From assembly GCA_963700245.1 (NCBI GenBank), contig CAVOWV010000011.1, forward strand, positions 99,405 through 163,404: a stretch of DNA of 64,000 bases. The letters run 5' to 3'. The position numbers and the translations under genes were made by a program. Below are positions 10,928 to 21,881 of the stretch, piece by piece. The DNA comes from an uncultured Chloroflexia bacterium. Its GTDB lineage: Bacteria; Chloroflexota; Limnocylindria; Limnocylindrales; CSP1-4. Position 1 is the stretch's first letter. Each line of letters opens with the position of its first letter. The notes beneath the pieces were generated by a model. The model searched no databases. It was not told where the DNA came from and saw nothing but the letters and a program-made list of their open reading frames with translations.

Positions 10928-11488
10928 TCAGCCCTGGGGGGATTCCGGCTTGCCGATCACCTGGGCCGTGGTCGCCCGCTCGATCCGCAGATACCGCCTG
11001 CGGTGGTACAGGAGTGGCGGCGCGCCCGGCTCCTCCAGCGCCAGCTCCTCCACTCGACCGACATACAGGAAGTGGTCGCCCACCTCGAAGCGCTCGGTGA
11101 CCTCGCACTCCATCGCGGCGATCGCGCCCTCGAGCAGCGGCAACCCGGTCGAACCGGGGCGCCACGCGGCGCCGCAGAACTGGTCGCGGCCAGGGGTGAC
11201 GCTGGCCCCGGCGAAGCAGTCGGACAGCCACTGCTGGTCCTCGGCGAGGATGTTGACCGCGTAGCGGCGACAGGCGTCGATGGCGGGGATGATGAACCGC
11301 CGCCGGTCCAGGGCGATCACCACGATCGCCGGATCGAGGCTGACCGAGGTCAGGGCGTTGACGGTGATCCCCACGGGTCGGTCGCCGTCCAGCGCGGTCA
11401 CGACCGTGACCCCGGTCGCGAACTGGCCCATCACGGTGCGGAAGTCGGCGGTCGAGACGTTCACGCCCGCCAGCATACGGGCGCCCAT
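10928..11488 (-). CDS. flavin reductase (FMN-binding split-barrel, HpaC-like)
   Basis: NVSTADFRTVMGQFATGVTVVTA...PVGITVNALTSVSLDPAIVVIAL; start uncertain (M at 11488 or 11476). Confidence 0.65.
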   Translation of the reverse strand: MGARMLAGVNVSTADFRTVMGQFATGVTVVTALDGDRPVGITVNALTSVSLDPAIVVIALDRRRFIIPAIDACRRYAVNILAEDQQWLSDCFAGASVTPGRDQFCGAAWRPGSTGLPLLEGAIAAMECEVTERFEVGDHFLYVGRVEELALEEPGAPPLLYHRRRYLRIERATTAQVIGKPESPQG

Positions 11489-11537
11489 GCCATCAGGCAC
11501 GTCTCGCTGCGCCCGGCGGCGCACTACCATCGACGCC

Positions 11538-12953
11538 ATGAGCACCGACACGACTCCCACTGCGGCCACCCGCATCGAGCGGGACTCCATGGGCGAGATG
11601 GAGGTCCCCGCGGACGCCCTCTACGGCGCCTCCACCCAGCGCGCCGTCCTCAACTTCCCGATCTCCGGCCAGCGGATGCCGCGCCGGTTCCTGCGCGCGC
11701 TGGCGCTCGTCAAGCTGGCGGCCGCCGAGACCAACCAGGGCCTGGGACTGCTGGACGCCGCGAAGGCCCAGGCGATCGCCGCCGCCGCGCGCGACGTCGC
11801 CGAGGGCGGCTACGACGAGCACTTCCCGATCGACGTCTACCAGACAGGTTCGGGCACCAGCACGAACACGAACATGAACGAGGTGATCAGCCACCTCGCG
11901 TCGGCTCGGCTGGGCGGGGTGAAGGTCCACCCCAACGACGACGTCAACAAGTGCCAGAGCAGCAACGACACGATCCCCACCGCGCTCCAGCTCTCGGGCG
12001 CCGTGGCCATCGAGGAGGAGCTGATCCCGGCCCTCATCGACCTCCAGCGCGCGCTCGCGGCGAAGGCGGACGAGTTCTGGGACGTCGTCAAGACCGGTCG
12101 CACCCACCTCCAGGACGCGACGCCGATCCGCCTCGGCCAGGAGTTCGCGGGCTACGCGGGCCAGGTGGAGGAGGCGATCCGCCGCGCCCAGGCCGCCCGA
12201 GACGAGCTGCTCGTCGTGCCGCTGGGCGGGACGGCGGTCGGGACCGGGATCAACGCCCACCCCGAGTACGCGGCGCGCGCCTGCGGCCACCTCTCCGAGC
12301 TGACCGGCATCCTCGTCCGCGAGGCGCCGAACCATTTCCACGCCCAGGCGACGCTGGACGCCGCGATCGCGGCCCACGGCGGCATGCGGGCGATCGCGCT
12401 CGGGCTGTGGAAGATCGCCAGCGACATCCGCTTCATGGGCATGGGCCCGCGGGCCGGCATCGCGGAGCTGGCGCTGCCGGAGACCCAGCCGGGCTCCTCG
12501 ATCATGCCCGGCAAGGTGAACCCGGTCATCGTCGAGTCGCTGACCATGGTCGTTGCTCGCGTCATCGGCAACGACGCCACCGTCGCCTTCGGCCAGACGG
12601 GCTCCTTCCTGGAGCTCAACGTGATGATGCCGGTGACCTCGCAGGCGCTCCTGGAGTCGATCGTGCTCCTCGCGGCCTCCGCCCGGAACTTCCGGGTCAA
12701 GCTCGTCGAGGGGCTCAAGGCCACCGAGCGCGGGCCCGCGCTCGTGGAGCAGGGCCTGATGCTGGCGACGGCCCTGGCGCCGGAGATCGGCTACGACGCC
12801 GCCGCGGCGATGGCCAAGGAGGGCTTCAAGAGCGGGCGGACGATCCGGGAGATGGCTCTCGAGAAGGGGATCGCGCCGGAGAAGCTGGACGAGCTCCTGG
12901 ACCCGCTCAAGATGACGGAGCCGGGCCTGGGCAGCGGCGGGGGTGGAGGCTGA
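11538..12953 (+). CDS. fumC: fumarate hydratase class II
   Basis: IERDSMGEMEVPADALYGASTQRA, SSNDTIPTA, GSSIMPGKVNP signature. Confidence 0.9.
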   Translation: MSTDTTPTAATRIERDSMGEMEVPADALYGASTQRAVLNFPISGQRMPRRFLRALALVKLAAAETNQGLGLLDAAKAQAIAAAARDVAEGGYDEHFPIDVYQTGSGTSTNTNMNEVISHLASARLGGVKVHPNDDVNKCQSSNDTIPTALQLSGAVAIEEELIPALIDLQRALAAKADEFWDVVKTGRTHLQDATPIRLGQEFAGYAGQVEEAIRRAQAARDELLVVPLGGTAVGTGINAHPEYAARACGHLSELTGILVREAPNHFHAQATLDAAIAAHGGMRAIALGLWKIASDIRFMGMGPRAGIAELALPETQPGSSIMPGKVNPVIVESLTMVVARVIGNDATVAFGQTGSFLELNVMMPVTSQALLESIVLLAASARNFRVKLVEGLKATERGPALVEQGLMLATALAPEIGYDAAAAMAKEGFKSGRTIREMALEKGIAPEKLDELLDPLKMTEPGLGSGGGGG

Positions 12954-12956
12954 ACC

Positions 12957-13400
12957 CTACGGCTGCGCGATGATGGCCCCGACCATGTTCGGGTGCACGG
13001 TGCAGGTGAACGGGTAGTCGCCCGGAGGCAGCGCCGGCATCGGGATCTCCACGCGCGCCGGGCCGATCACGATCTCGCCCATGACGATGGTCGCGCCGAA
13101 GCCATCCTTGACCTCGATGTTGTGGGGGACACCCGCATCGCGGTTGTCCAGCCCGAGCGTGAATGGCACGCCGGCCGGGACGCCGATCTTCCCGGGCCGG
13201 AACTCGATGTTCTGCGCCACCACGATCACCGGAGGACCGGCGCCTTCGGGCGGCTGGGTGCCACCGCCCACGGGTGTCGGGTTCACGGGGGCGATCGTCG
13301 GTTGTGCTCCAACTGATGGGGCCTCCGTCGCGGTCGCAGGACCGCAGGCGGCGAAGGCGACGGCGAGGGCGACGGCGAGGGCTCGGGTGGTGTGGTGCAT
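12957..13400 (-). CDS. cupredoxin (type-1 blue copper) lipoprotein
   Basis: Lipobox LAVAFAAC after MHHTTRALAV signal; Cu ligands H (VPHNIEV) and C-x2-H-x2-M (FTCTVHPNM). Confidence 0.65.
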   Translation of the reverse strand: MHHTTRALAVALAVAFAACGPATATEAPSVGAQPTIAPVNPTPVGGGTQPPEGAGPPVIVVAQNIEFRPGKIGVPAGVPFTLGLDNRDAGVPHNIEVKDGFGATIVMGEIVIGPARVEIPMPALPPGDYPFTCTVHPNMVGAIIAQP

Positions 13401-13619
13401 GGTGCAAGCAGACGATGCGCGGGTCCCCCCGGTCAAGCGCGAACCGTTCCGCGTCGGGTTCTCACCTAGCGGCCAACCCGCCCCCAAGCGGCTCAACGGT
13501 TCGGTCAAACGCGATCCGCACCGGGCGGGGCTCGGCTCCATTCGGTGGACGGGCCCTCAGGCGATGAACGACGGCCCCACACGGCTCGTCTGTTCGGCGA
13601 CCGATCCGTAGCGCCGCTG

Positions 13620-13652
13620 CACGCCTCCTGGGCAACGCCTCCTGGGCAACGC
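13620..13652. repeat. 14-bp tandem duplication (cgcctcctgggcaa x2) in promoter region of 13715 ORF
   Basis: acgcctcctgggcaacgcctcctgggcaacg read directly. Confidence 0.6.
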
Positions 13653-13714
13653 CGCACAGCGTCCGCCCCACAACCCGCTGTCCACGCCCGGGCCCGACCG
13701 ATACAATCCGCGCC

Positions 13715-14495
13715 ATGTCCGCCACCAGCGCCTGGGACCGCGCCGGTTCCCTCCCCGTCCCCGCCAACGGCCCCGCCCGCCCGGAGGTCGCCGCGCTGCA
13801 GCGAGGCGATCCCGTCGGTCGCCGACCTGTTCACGTTCATGCGCGACGCGGAGCTCCGCTTTGCCACCCTGCGCATGCGGATCGAAGAGCGCTCCGCCAC
13901 GGCACGCGGAGAGGACGTCGCCACGGTTGAGGCAACCCTCGCCCACCCGGGCCGGGCGCGGACCCTCACCTCGTGGCCCGAGCAGGGGATCGGCGCCTAC
14001 GAGGTGTGGCTGACGGACGGGACCACGGTCCAGACCTACGTCGCGAGCCGCAAGGTCGGCACTCGTCGGCCGGTGCGACCAGTCGTGCGCGGCACGGACG
14101 GCGAGGACCTGCCTGGAACCTCGCGCATCTACCGCTCGGTGACGCCGTTCCAGTCGGAGTCGCTGCCGGAGCTGTTCATCCACCCGGCGGGCTACTGCCA
14201 GAACGTGCTCGGGACAGGGAGCTGCCTCGTCACCGGGACGACGACGGTGGCCGGCCGGGAGGCCGTGGTCCTGGAGTGCCGGCATCCGCGCACCATCGAG
14301 GTCGTGGCGGACCGGCCCGACTTCGCGATCCGGATCGCCGTGGACCGGCTCGACGGCGTGATCCTGCGCCTCGAGGAGTCCATCGGCGGCCAGGTGACCC
14401 GCGATGCGGTCGTGACCAGCTACCAGCCGGACGCCCCGCTCCCGCCGGACGCGTTCGAGTTCAGCTTCCCCTCGGACACGACCTTCATCTACTAG
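13715..14495 (+). CDS. hypothetical protein (possible LolA-like fold), probable 1-nt frameshift near ~13795; candidate leaderless mRNA
   Basis: ATG13715 is 7 nt after TACAAT; N-term frame MSATSAWDRAGSLPVPANGPARPEVAAL then switches to ORF 13545..14495 frame (SEAIPSVADLFTFMRDAELRF...); no database-recognisable motif. Confidence 0.4.
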
Positions 14496-14579
14496 CGCGA
14501 CGGTGGTGCCGGCGCGACGCTGGCACGACCCGCCGGGTCGGCCCCGATCCGCCCGCGTCCTGCCCGGACAGGTTCTCCT

Positions 14580-16184
14580 TCAGACGGACGCCGGCTCCTC
14601 GACCCGGTGCGCCACGGGCGTGGGATCGGGCGGGAAGGCGACGCGGGCCAGGTCGATCCGCTTGGCGTCGAGGGCCGGGCCTGGCCGATGCAGCAGGTAC
14701 CCCTGGGCCGCGTCGAACCCCATCTCGATCACCGCCAGCAGCTGATCGGGCGTCTCGACGCCCTCGGCGACGATCGTCTGGTTGCGCCGACGGGCGAGAT
14801 CGCGCAGGGCCACGACCACGGCCTCGGACGAGTCGTCCTGGGTGCCGGCCTGCACCAGCGACAGGTCGATCTTCATGATGTCGAACTCGAGCTCCCGCAG
14901 CAGCCGGAGGCCGGCGTTGCCGGCGCCCACGTCATCGGCAGCAATGCGGACGCCGTGTCGACGCAGCACCGCGATCCCGTGGCGGAGGCGGTCGAGGTCC
15001 TCGACGGCCTCGCGTTCGGTCAGCTCCAGGACAATCCGGCTCGGGTCGATCCCGCGCCGGCGGGCGAGCGCCAGGAACTCCTGGGGCTGGAAGGCATCGG
15101 CCTCGAGCGAGCGCGGGGAGAGATTGACCGACAGGTAGAGGCCCGGGTCAAGCGTGCGCGCGCCGGTGAGGACGGTGTCCAGGCTGGCGAGGTCGAGCTC
15201 GACGGTGTGCTCCGTCGCCTCGGCCGCGACGAACAGGGCGCTCGCATTCGAGAACCCGGAGTCGGCGCTCGGCCGGACGAGGCCCTCGTAGCCCAGAACG
15301 CGGCCCGTTCGCAGGCAGTGGATCGGCTGGTACACGGGCGTCAGGAGCCGGTCGGCCGCGACCCGGTTCACGGCGGTGGTGAGCTCGGCCAGGGACCGTC
15401 CATCGTCCGCGATGCCGTGCCGGGCGGGATCGAACAGCGCGACGTCGGTGCGGCCGTGGCGCTTCCCCCAGTAGAGGGCGGCGCCCGCCTGGTGGACGAG
15501 CTGCTTGCGGTCTCTCGCCAGCTCGGGCATTGCGGACACCCCGATGGTCAGCGAGAACGGCGCGACGCCGAGCGTCCCGGAGCCGCCGCTCAGCGCACCC
15601 GCCAGGATGTGCCGTCCGACGCTGGAAGCGTCCTCTGGCGCGCAGTCCACCAGCAGGACGGCGAACTCGTCCCCGCCGATCCGGAACCCGCGCCCAGACC
15701 GGTGCAGGCTGCCCAGGATGATCCGTGCCGTGGCCCGGAGGAGATCGTCGCCGGCGGCGTGGCCCTGGGTCTCGTTGGTCTTCTTGAGGTCATCGAGGTC
15801 GACCAGCAGGAGGGCGATCGACCCGGGCTCGGCGCGGACCCGGGCGACCTGGCGGTCGAGCTCCTCCTGGAACGCACGATGATTGCCCAGCCCGGTCAGC
15901 TCGTCGCTGAGCACCTCCAGGCGTGCGCGGTCATAGGCTTCCTCGAGCCCGTCCCGGGCGGCATCGGTGGCACTGGCGCGCATCCCCAGCCCGATGCGCA
16001 TCCCGGCGACGATGCTGAACGCCATCACGAGCGCCAGCAAGGCGATCGGCGCCCAGCGCAGCTCGGAACCGGCCAGGGTCACGATCACCAGCGTTGTCCC
16101 GACGTACAGCGCGGCGCACGCGCCGAGCCAGCGCACCTGGACGGTGCGAAGGCTGCGCGTCCCCCGCGTCGCTTCTGTCTGCAT
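14580..16184 (-). CDS. membrane-anchored GGDEF-EAL protein (diguanylate cyclase/phosphodiesterase)
   Basis: 2 N-terminal TM helices; RIGGDEF motif; EAL-domain motifs [37 protein letters not shown]. Confidence 0.85.
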   Translation of the reverse strand: MQTEATRGTRSLRTVQVRWLGACAALYVGTTLVIVTLAGSELRWAPIALLALVMAFSIVAGMRIGLGMRASATDAARDGLEEAYDRARLEVLSDELTGLGNHRAFQEELDRQVARVRAEPGSIALLLVDLDDLKKTNETQGHAAGDDLLRATARIILGSLHRSGRGFRIGGDEFAVLLVDCAPEDASSVGRHILAGALSGGSGTLGVAPFSLTIGVSAMPELARDRKQLVHQAGAALYWGKRHGRTDVALFDPARHGIADDGRSLAELTTAVNRVAADRLLTPVYQPIHCLRTGRVLGYEGLVRPSADSGFSNASALFVAAEATEHTVELDLASLDTVLTGARTLDPGLYLSVNLSPRSLEADAFQPQEFLALARRRGIDPSRIVLELTEREAVEDLDRLRHGIAVLRRHGVRIAADDVGAGNAGLRLLRELEFDIMKIDLSLVQAGTQDDSSEAVVVALRDLARRRNQTIVAEGVETPDQLLAVIEMGFDAAQGYLLHRPGPALDAKRIDLARVAFPPDPTPVAHRVEEPASV

Positions 16185-16378
16185 CCGGTGTTGGCCACCC
16201 AATCATGGCGCTCGCCCCGACGGCGCTGGCTCCGTTGTACGCCCGCACCGGCAATCCGGCTGCGGTACGGAGGTACGGTCGGGTCCGGGTCGTGGCGCCC
16301 GGAGGGTCGGAGCGGCTAGCATCTCCGACACCACCCTTCCGGCCAGCCCGGCCGGCCCGTCTGCGAGGAGCCACGACC

Positions 16379-17326
16379 GTGAACCAGGAGCCCGAGGCCG
16401 GCGGCGCGGTCAAGCCCGCCAGCAGCGACACCCCCGACGCGAAGCAGACGGCGAGGATCGCCGCCCAGGCGGCCAAGCTCGCCAAGAAGCCGGTCGCGGA
16501 CGAGTGGGACAAGGCCGGGGACACGAGCGGCGTGAAGGTGGACCCGGGGGATCGCCGCGTGGCCATCGGCGTGGACGTCGGCGGTAGCGGCATCAAGGCC
16601 GCGGCGGTGGACCTCGACACCGGCGAGCTGATCTCGCCTCGCCACCGGGTGCCCACCCCGCAGCCCTCCTCTCCGGCGGCCGTGATCGCGTCCATCGCGC
16701 GGATGATCAAGAAGATCACCGTCGAGGTGTCGGTCGGCCCCACGGTCCCCGTGGGCGTCGGCTTCCCCGCCGTGGTCATCGACGGCGTCACCAAGAGCGC
16801 GGCGAACGTCGACCCGGGGTGGCTGGAGTTCGACGCGGACGGTGCCATGGAGCGCGTCCTGCGCCGCCCCGTGCACCTCGTGAACGACGCGGACGCGGCG
16901 GGCGTGGCCGAGATGCGCCTGGGCGCGGGCGTCGGCCAGCGCGGGACGGTGTTCCTCATCACGCTCGGGACCGGGACGGGCTCGGCGCTGTTCTACAACG
17001 GCATGCTCGTGCCCAACCTGGAGCTGGGGCACATGGAGATCCGCGGCCGTGACGCCGAGCGGCGGTCCGCAGCGGTGGCGCGGATCAAGCGCGGGATCAG
17101 CTGGAAGGCATGGGCGACGGACCTCGATGAGCACCTGCTGGCCATCGAGAAGCTGTTCTCGCCCAAGCTGTTCATCATCGGCGGCGGTGTGTCCAAGCGG
17201 TCCGAGCAGTTCATCCCGCGCCTGACGGTCCGGGCCGCCGTGGTCCCCGCCAGGATGCTCAACGATGCGGGCATCGTGGGCGCAGCGATGGCGGCCGCCG
17301 AGACGGAGGCCGCCAAGGCGGTCTGA
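16379..17326 (+). CDS. ppgK: polyphosphate glucokinase (ROK family)
   Basis: GTG start with gaggag RBS; [19 protein letters not shown]; ROK signature [12 protein letters not shown]; N-terminal Ala/Lys-rich extension; start uncertain. Confidence 0.75.
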   Translation: MNQEPEAGGAVKPASSDTPDAKQTARIAAQAAKLAKKPVADEWDKAGDTSGVKVDPGDRRVAIGVDVGGSGIKAAAVDLDTGELISPRHRVPTPQPSSPAAVIASIARMIKKITVEVSVGPTVPVGVGFPAVVIDGVTKSAANVDPGWLEFDADGAMERVLRRPVHLVNDADAAGVAEMRLGAGVGQRGTVFLITLGTGTGSALFYNGMLVPNLELGHMEIRGRDAERRSAAVARIKRGISWKAWATDLDEHLLAIEKLFSPKLFIIGGGVSKRSEQFIPRLTVRAAVVPARMLNDAGIVGAAMAAAETEAAKAV

Positions 17327-17354
17327 GCCAGCCGGGCCGTCGCGCGGTGCCGAT

Positions 17355-17418
17355 CCTCGCCTACGCCTGGGCGCGCAGTGCCGCCCGACCCTCGCCTACG
17401 CCTGGGCGCGCAGCGCCG
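17355..17418. repeat. 32-bp tandem duplication spanning the stop codon and last codons of the K+ channel gene
   Basis: cctcgcctacgcctgggcgcgcagtgccgcc / ctcgcctacgcctgggcgcgcagcgccgcc; the second copy encodes ...AALRAQA* of the 17396..18451 gene. Confidence 0.6.
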
Positions 17419-18451
17419 CCAGGTCCTCCGTGGAGCCCGACGCGATCAGGTTCTCGCCCTCACGGAGCTCCCGCGACTCGGGCGGGTTCGCCTCGTAGGC
17501 CCCGTCGGGCTGGAGGATCGCCAGCGTGATGACGCCCTTGGCGCGAAGCTGGCCGACGGTGACGCCCAAGAGCGGGCTCTCGGCGGTCACCTCCACCTCC
17601 TCGAGCGAGAACGAGAGGTTGCCGTGCGACAGCGCGGCGTCGATGAAGTCGGCCACGCGGGGCCGGATGGCCAGCTCCGCGATCCGCCGCCCAGCCATCG
17701 TGTAGGGCGAGACGATCCGGTTGGCGCCGGCCTGGGCCATCTTCGCCTCCGCACCGGCGGCGCTGGCGCGCGCGACGATGAACAGCCGCGGATTGAGGGT
17801 TCGTGCCGAGAGCGTCACGTAGACGTTGTTGGCGTCCGAGTCGACCGTCGTGATGAGGCCGCGCGCCCGCTCGATCCCGGCCCGGCGGAGCGTCTCGTCG
17901 TCGGTGGCATCGCCCATCACGATCAGGTGGCCGTCGGCCGCTGCTCGCTCCAGCGACGGGGCCGTGACGTCGATGACGACGAACCGGTTGCCGGTGTGGA
18001 CCAGCTCCCGGATGACGGTGGAGCCGACGCGACCATATCCGCACACGATGTAGTGATCGCTGAGCGCCTCGACGGCCTCCTGCATCCGCTTCGCCTCCCG
18101 CCGCCCGCTCGCGGCCTCGCTGATGATGGTCTCGGCCACGATGCCGATGGACCCGAAGATGATCCCGACGCCCGCCACGGCGAGCAGCATCGTCCACAGC
18201 CGCTCGGGGAAGTTGACCAGCTCGTGGACCTCGCGGAAGCCCACGGTGGTGAGCGTGATGACGGTCATGTAGAGCGCGTCGCTCAGCGGCCACTGGAAGA
18301 ACGCGACGTAGCCCAGCGTGCCCAGGAACGAGGTCGTGAGGACGGCGACGATCCAGATGCGGACGTGGTGCCCGCGAATCGCCTCTGAGAACGCCTGGAC
18401 CAGGCGTCCGCGCGACGTCCCTCGCACGCTGGAGCCGGCACTGGACTGCAT
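17396..18451 (-). CDS. potassium channel with RCK/TrkA-N and TrkA-C domains (MthK-like)
   Basis: 2TM pore with filter-like TLTTVGFRE; [14 protein letters not shown] Rossmann RCK motif. Confidence 0.8.
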   Translation of the reverse strand: MQSSAGSSVRGTSRGRLVQAFSEAIRGHHVRIWIVAVLTTSFLGTLGYVAFFQWPLSDALYMTVITLTTVGFREVHELVNFPERLWTMLLAVAGVGIIFGSIGIVAETIISEAASGRREAKRMQEAVEALSDHYIVCGYGRVGSTVIRELVHTGNRFVVIDVTAPSLERAAADGHLIVMGDATDDETLRRAGIERARGLITTVDSDANNVYVTLSARTLNPRLFIVARASAAGAEAKMAQAGANRIVSPYTMAGRRIAELAIRPRVADFIDAALSHGNLSFSLEEVEVTAESPLLGVTVGQLRAKGVITLAILQPDGAYEANPPESRELREGENLIASGSTEDLAALRAQA

Positions 18452-18530
18452 GGGACGATCCTAGCCAGCGGCCCGCGCGACCGTTGCCTGCCGGTGCGCC
18501 CAATTCGCCGGGCTCGCCATCGTCCGGATA

Positions 18531-20336
18531 ATGGGCAGGGTGCCCGTCCTGCCCGGCCTCGATCTCGCCCTGACGCCCGAGCTCCGGTTCATCCTGGATC
18601 TCGGCGTCGCGCTCGCGCTCGCCCTCGTGTTCGGCGCGCTCGCCACTCGGTTCGGCCAGCCGCCGATCGTGGGCTACCTCGCCGCGGGCGTCGTCATCGG
18701 CCCCTTCACGCCGGGGTTCGTCGGGAACCAGGAGCAGATCGGACAGCTCGCCGAGCTGGGGGTGGTGCTGCTGCTGTTCGCCCTGGGCGTGGAGTTCTCG
18801 CTCCACGAGCTGCGCCGGGTGTGGCGGATCGCGGTCCCCGGAGCCATCGCCCAGATCGTGATCACTGCCGTCGCCGGAGCGGCCGTCGTCATCCTGCTCG
18901 GGATGTCGCCGGTGGAGGGGGCCGTCATCGGGTCCGCGATCGCCATCAGCTCCACGCTGGTCGTGCTCAAGATCCTGGTCGAACGAGGCGAGATGGACAG
19001 CCTCCACGGTCGAGCGGCGATCGGATGGATGGTGGTCCAGGACCTGGTCACGATCATCCTCATCGCGTTGCTCGAGCCGCTCGCCGGTGGTGGCTCGGCG
19101 GCGCCGGTGCTGTTCGCGCTGGTTCGCGCCGCGGCGTTCATGGCGCTGGCGTACATCGTGGGGACCCGGCTCCTTCCGTGGCTGTTCCGGACGGTCAGCC
19201 GCCTCGGGTCACCCGAGCTGTTCCTGCTCTCGGTGTTCGCGACCGCCCTGCTGGCGGCGTTCCTCTCGAGCGCGGTGTTCGGGCTGTCCCTGGCACTCGG
19301 CGCGTTCGTGGCCGGGCTCATCGTCTCCGAGTCGGACCTGTCCCACCAGGCTGCCGGCGAGATCATCCCGTTCCGGGACCTGTTCGCCGTGCTGTTCTTC
19401 GTCTCGGTCGGGATGCTGTTGGACCCGGCCGCCCTGGTGGACGATTGGCCGGCCCTGCTGGCCCTGCTTGCGGTCGCGGTCGGTGTCAAGGCGGCGGCAA
19501 GCGCGGGCCTGGGGCGCATGCTGGGCCTGCCGCTGCGCAGCGCGCTCCTGCTCGGAGCGACGATCGCCCAGGTCGGCGAGTTCAGCTTCCTCCTCGCGGA
19601 GCAGGCGCTGCACGTCGAGCTCATCGATGCTCGGGGCTACAACCTGATCCTCGCGACGGCCATCCTGTCGATCGTCCTGACGCCGACGCTCGTGCGCGGC
19701 GCGGCGTCGCTCGCGGTACGCATCGAGCATCGGGTCGCGGTGGTGGACCCGCCCATCCCCGGCCAGGCCCCGACGACCCGGGGAGAGCTCGGGCTTGCCG
19801 ACGAGGATCGGCTTGGCGCCATCGTGATCCTCGGCGGCGGCCGCGTGGGACGTGTGGTGGTGCGGGCCGTGCGGGCGCGAGGGTTCCGGTGCGTGGTGGT
19901 GGACCGAGACCAGCGCGTCCTGGATGAGCTCGCCGGGATGGGGGCGGCGACGCTGTACGGCGACGCGGCCAGCCGGGCGATCCTCGCGCGCACGGGGTTG
20001 GAGCGGGCGCGCCTGATGGTGGTGGCGATCGCCGACCCGATGTCTGCGCAGCTCGCGGTGGAGCGGGCGCGCGAGATCAACCCGAGGCTCATGGTGGCGG
20101 CCAGGGCGCGGGGACGGCTCGAAATCCGCACGATGCGCGGCATGGGCGTGGCGCGGCTGGCGGACCCGGAGGTGGAGGCGGCGCTTGAGCTCGCGAGGGC
20201 GACGCTCGCGCGCATGGGCATCTCCGGACCGGAGCAGGCGGCGATCACGACGGGTCTCCGGCGGCGAGCGTACGGCGACCCTGCCGAAGCAAGGGCGGTG
20301 CCGAGGGACACGGACGAGCCCTCGGCGCGGGGCTAG
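18531..20336 (+). CDS. CPA2-family cation/proton antiporter with C-terminal TrkA-N (KefB/KefC-like)
   Basis: ~12 TM Na+/H+ exchanger domain; AIVILGGGRVGRVV Rossmann motif in C-terminal regulatory domain. Confidence 0.8.
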   Translation: MGRVPVLPGLDLALTPELRFILDLGVALALALVFGALATRFGQPPIVGYLAAGVVIGPFTPGFVGNQEQIGQLAELGVVLLLFALGVEFSLHELRRVWRIAVPGAIAQIVITAVAGAAVVILLGMSPVEGAVIGSAIAISSTLVVLKILVERGEMDSLHGRAAIGWMVVQDLVTIILIALLEPLAGGGSAAPVLFALVRAAAFMALAYIVGTRLLPWLFRTVSRLGSPELFLLSVFATALLAAFLSSAVFGLSLALGAFVAGLIVSESDLSHQAAGEIIPFRDLFAVLFFVSVGMLLDPAALVDDWPALLALLAVAVGVKAAASAGLGRMLGLPLRSALLLGATIAQVGEFSFLLAEQALHVELIDARGYNLILATAILSIVLTPTLVRGAASLAVRIEHRVAVVDPPIPGQAPTTRGELGLADEDRLGAIVILGGGRVGRVVVRAVRARGFRCVVVDRDQRVLDELAGMGAATLYGDAASRAILARTGLERARLMVVAIADPMSAQLAVERAREINPRLMVAARARGRLEIRTMRGMGVARLADPEVEAALELARATLARMGISGPEQAAITTGLRRRAYGDPAEARAVPRDTDEPSARG

Positions 20337-20373
20337 GGCAACCCAGAAGACCCGCAGCCGCGCCCCACCCTCG

Positions 20374-21035
20374 TCAGAAGGGCTCGCGCCCCCCGAAGGC
20401 CGAGGGCAGCGGGACGCCCGGGTGCCGGGTCTCGACCCAGTCGCGCAGCGCGAAGTACGAGGTCTTGAACGCCAGCTCGTCCCACGGGATGGTGTCCGGG
20501 TGGAACGCCCGGACCTCGAGTGCCTCCGGGGTGGCCTGCGCGATGCCGCCGATGATCCGCGCCTCGTAGACCAGCGTCACGACCGCGGCCTCGAGCCGGG
20601 AGTACAGCCCGATCAGCTCGCCGGGCTGGACGAGGAGCCCGGTCTCTTCCAGCGTCTCGCGGATCGCGGCCTCGGTGACGGTCTCGTCCACCTCGAGGAA
20701 GCCGCCGGGCTGCGCCCAGGACCCGTAGCCCGGCTCGATCCCACGCCGGAGGAGCACCGCCTGGCCGGCGTCCGTGACCGGGATGGTGGTCACGACGAGC
20801 CGGGGGTTGACGTAGGCGACAACCCGCAGCCCGGGCAGATCCGCCGCTCGCGGGTCTCCGTGGGCGGCACGCCGACGACCAGCTGCGCCCCGCAGCTCGC
20901 ACAGTGCTTGAGCGACCGGAGGAGCCACACGGGTGCACCGAGCCCCGATGCCGCGTCCGTGGATCGCCCGTCCGGGCCGCGTCCCAGGGCTTCCACGGCG
21001 CGTCGCTCGTCATCGGTCAGGCGTCGCTCAACCAT
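20374..21035 (-). CDS. NUDIX hydrolase with N-terminal zinc ribbon, apparent 1-nt frameshift near ~20840
   Basis: N-term frame CASCG...RRICPGCG (zinc ribbon), then frame of ORF 20374..20928: RVVAYVNPRLVV...GGFLEVDETVTEAAIRETLEETG (Nudix box); gggag RBS before ATG 21035. Confidence 0.75.
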
Positions 21036-21036
21036 C

Positions 21037-21471
21037 TCAGGCTCCCAGCACCAGGAGGACCGCGCCGATGACCAGCACGAAGAACACGGCGGCAGGAATC
21101 AGCCAGGCGAGGCGGAACAGGGCCCGGCCGCGGTTCACCGGCATCCACGCCCACGCGGATCGCCAGATCCGCAGCGCGGCGTCCGCCGTCGTCACGAGGA
21201 GCAGCGGCGCCGCCAGGAGCACGCAGACCTTGACGATGGGGCTGTCGAACCCGGCGCCCAGCTCAAGGGCGGTGATCGCGATCGCACCGAGAACAAGCGC
21301 CGGCGCGGACACGAGGACGAAGTGCTTCTGGAGCGGCGTGGGCCGCGTCTCGGGGACGCTCCGCGGGGGCAGGCCGCGCAGGCTCGGCGGCAGGTGGGCA
21401 TCGCCCGTCGCGGCCGGGACCGCCTGGCGGTCCAGCACAGGCATCCCCTGCTCCCAGCGCTCGTCGTCCAT
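21037..21471 (-). CDS. small membrane protein (2-3 TM), start uncertain
   Basis: ORF 21037..21543; hydrophobic FVLVSAPALVLGAIAITALELG and LIPAAVFFVLVIGAVLLVLGA; stop 2 nt before NUDIX start, likely co-transcribed. Confidence 0.4.
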   Translation of the reverse strand: MDDERWEQGMPVLDRQAVPAATGDAHLPPSLRGLPPRSVPETRPTPLQKHFVLVSAPALVLGAIAITALELGAGFDSPIVKVCVLLAAPLLLVTTADAALRIWRSAWAWMPVNRGRALFRLAWLIPAAVFFVLVIGAVLLVLGA

Positions 21472-21555
21472 CGGGTCCGAGTCTATCCGGCGAGCCGCCG
21501 GGGCGATACGGGGACAGCCGGGCAGAGCAGTCTCCTTCGTCACGCCCCCGTCGCC

Positions 21556-21625
21556 GACTCTCGGGCGCCGACTCTCGGTCGCGGAGTCTCGGTCGCGGAG
21601 TCTCGGTCGCGGAGTCTCGGTCGCC
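21556..21625. repeat. five copies of a 14-bp tandem repeat (gagtctcggtcgcg / gactctcggNcgcN)
   Basis: gactctcgggcgcc gactctcggtcgcg gagtctcggtcgcg gagtctcggtcgcg gagtctcggtcgcc read directly, upstream of the membrane-protein/NUDIX operon. Confidence 0.7.
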
Positions 21626-21881
21626 AGGCTCCAATCGCCGCCATGACTCGGCCACGGGTCACCGGCCGGTCCTGACTCGGCAGGGGGTCATTTCGAGCTC
21701 CTTGCCGAGGAGATCGACCGCGATTCTGCAGGAATCTGGCCCGACCGCCTCGACAGCACCCCCGTTTTGACCCCGTGGTGAGTCAACGACCGACCGCAAA
21801 GCGGCCGGCTCGCTGGCGGTGGCGGGCTGGAATGCCGGGCTGGAATGCCGGGCCGCTCGGCAGCGGCTCCGCAACCGAGGA

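Noticed and set aside
16094-16378. Upstream starts for ppgK (ATG 16094 or 16205)
   Set aside because: These would overlap the divergent GGDEF-EAL gene start and add a non-conserved Arg/Pro-rich leader. The GTG at 16379 with a gaggag RBS was preferred, though still uncertain.
21556-21625. Possible CRISPR array (also checked 59256..59312 and 8620..8700)
   Set aside because: The units are 13-19 bp, contiguous with no spacers, and no cas genes are present. They are simple tandem repeats.
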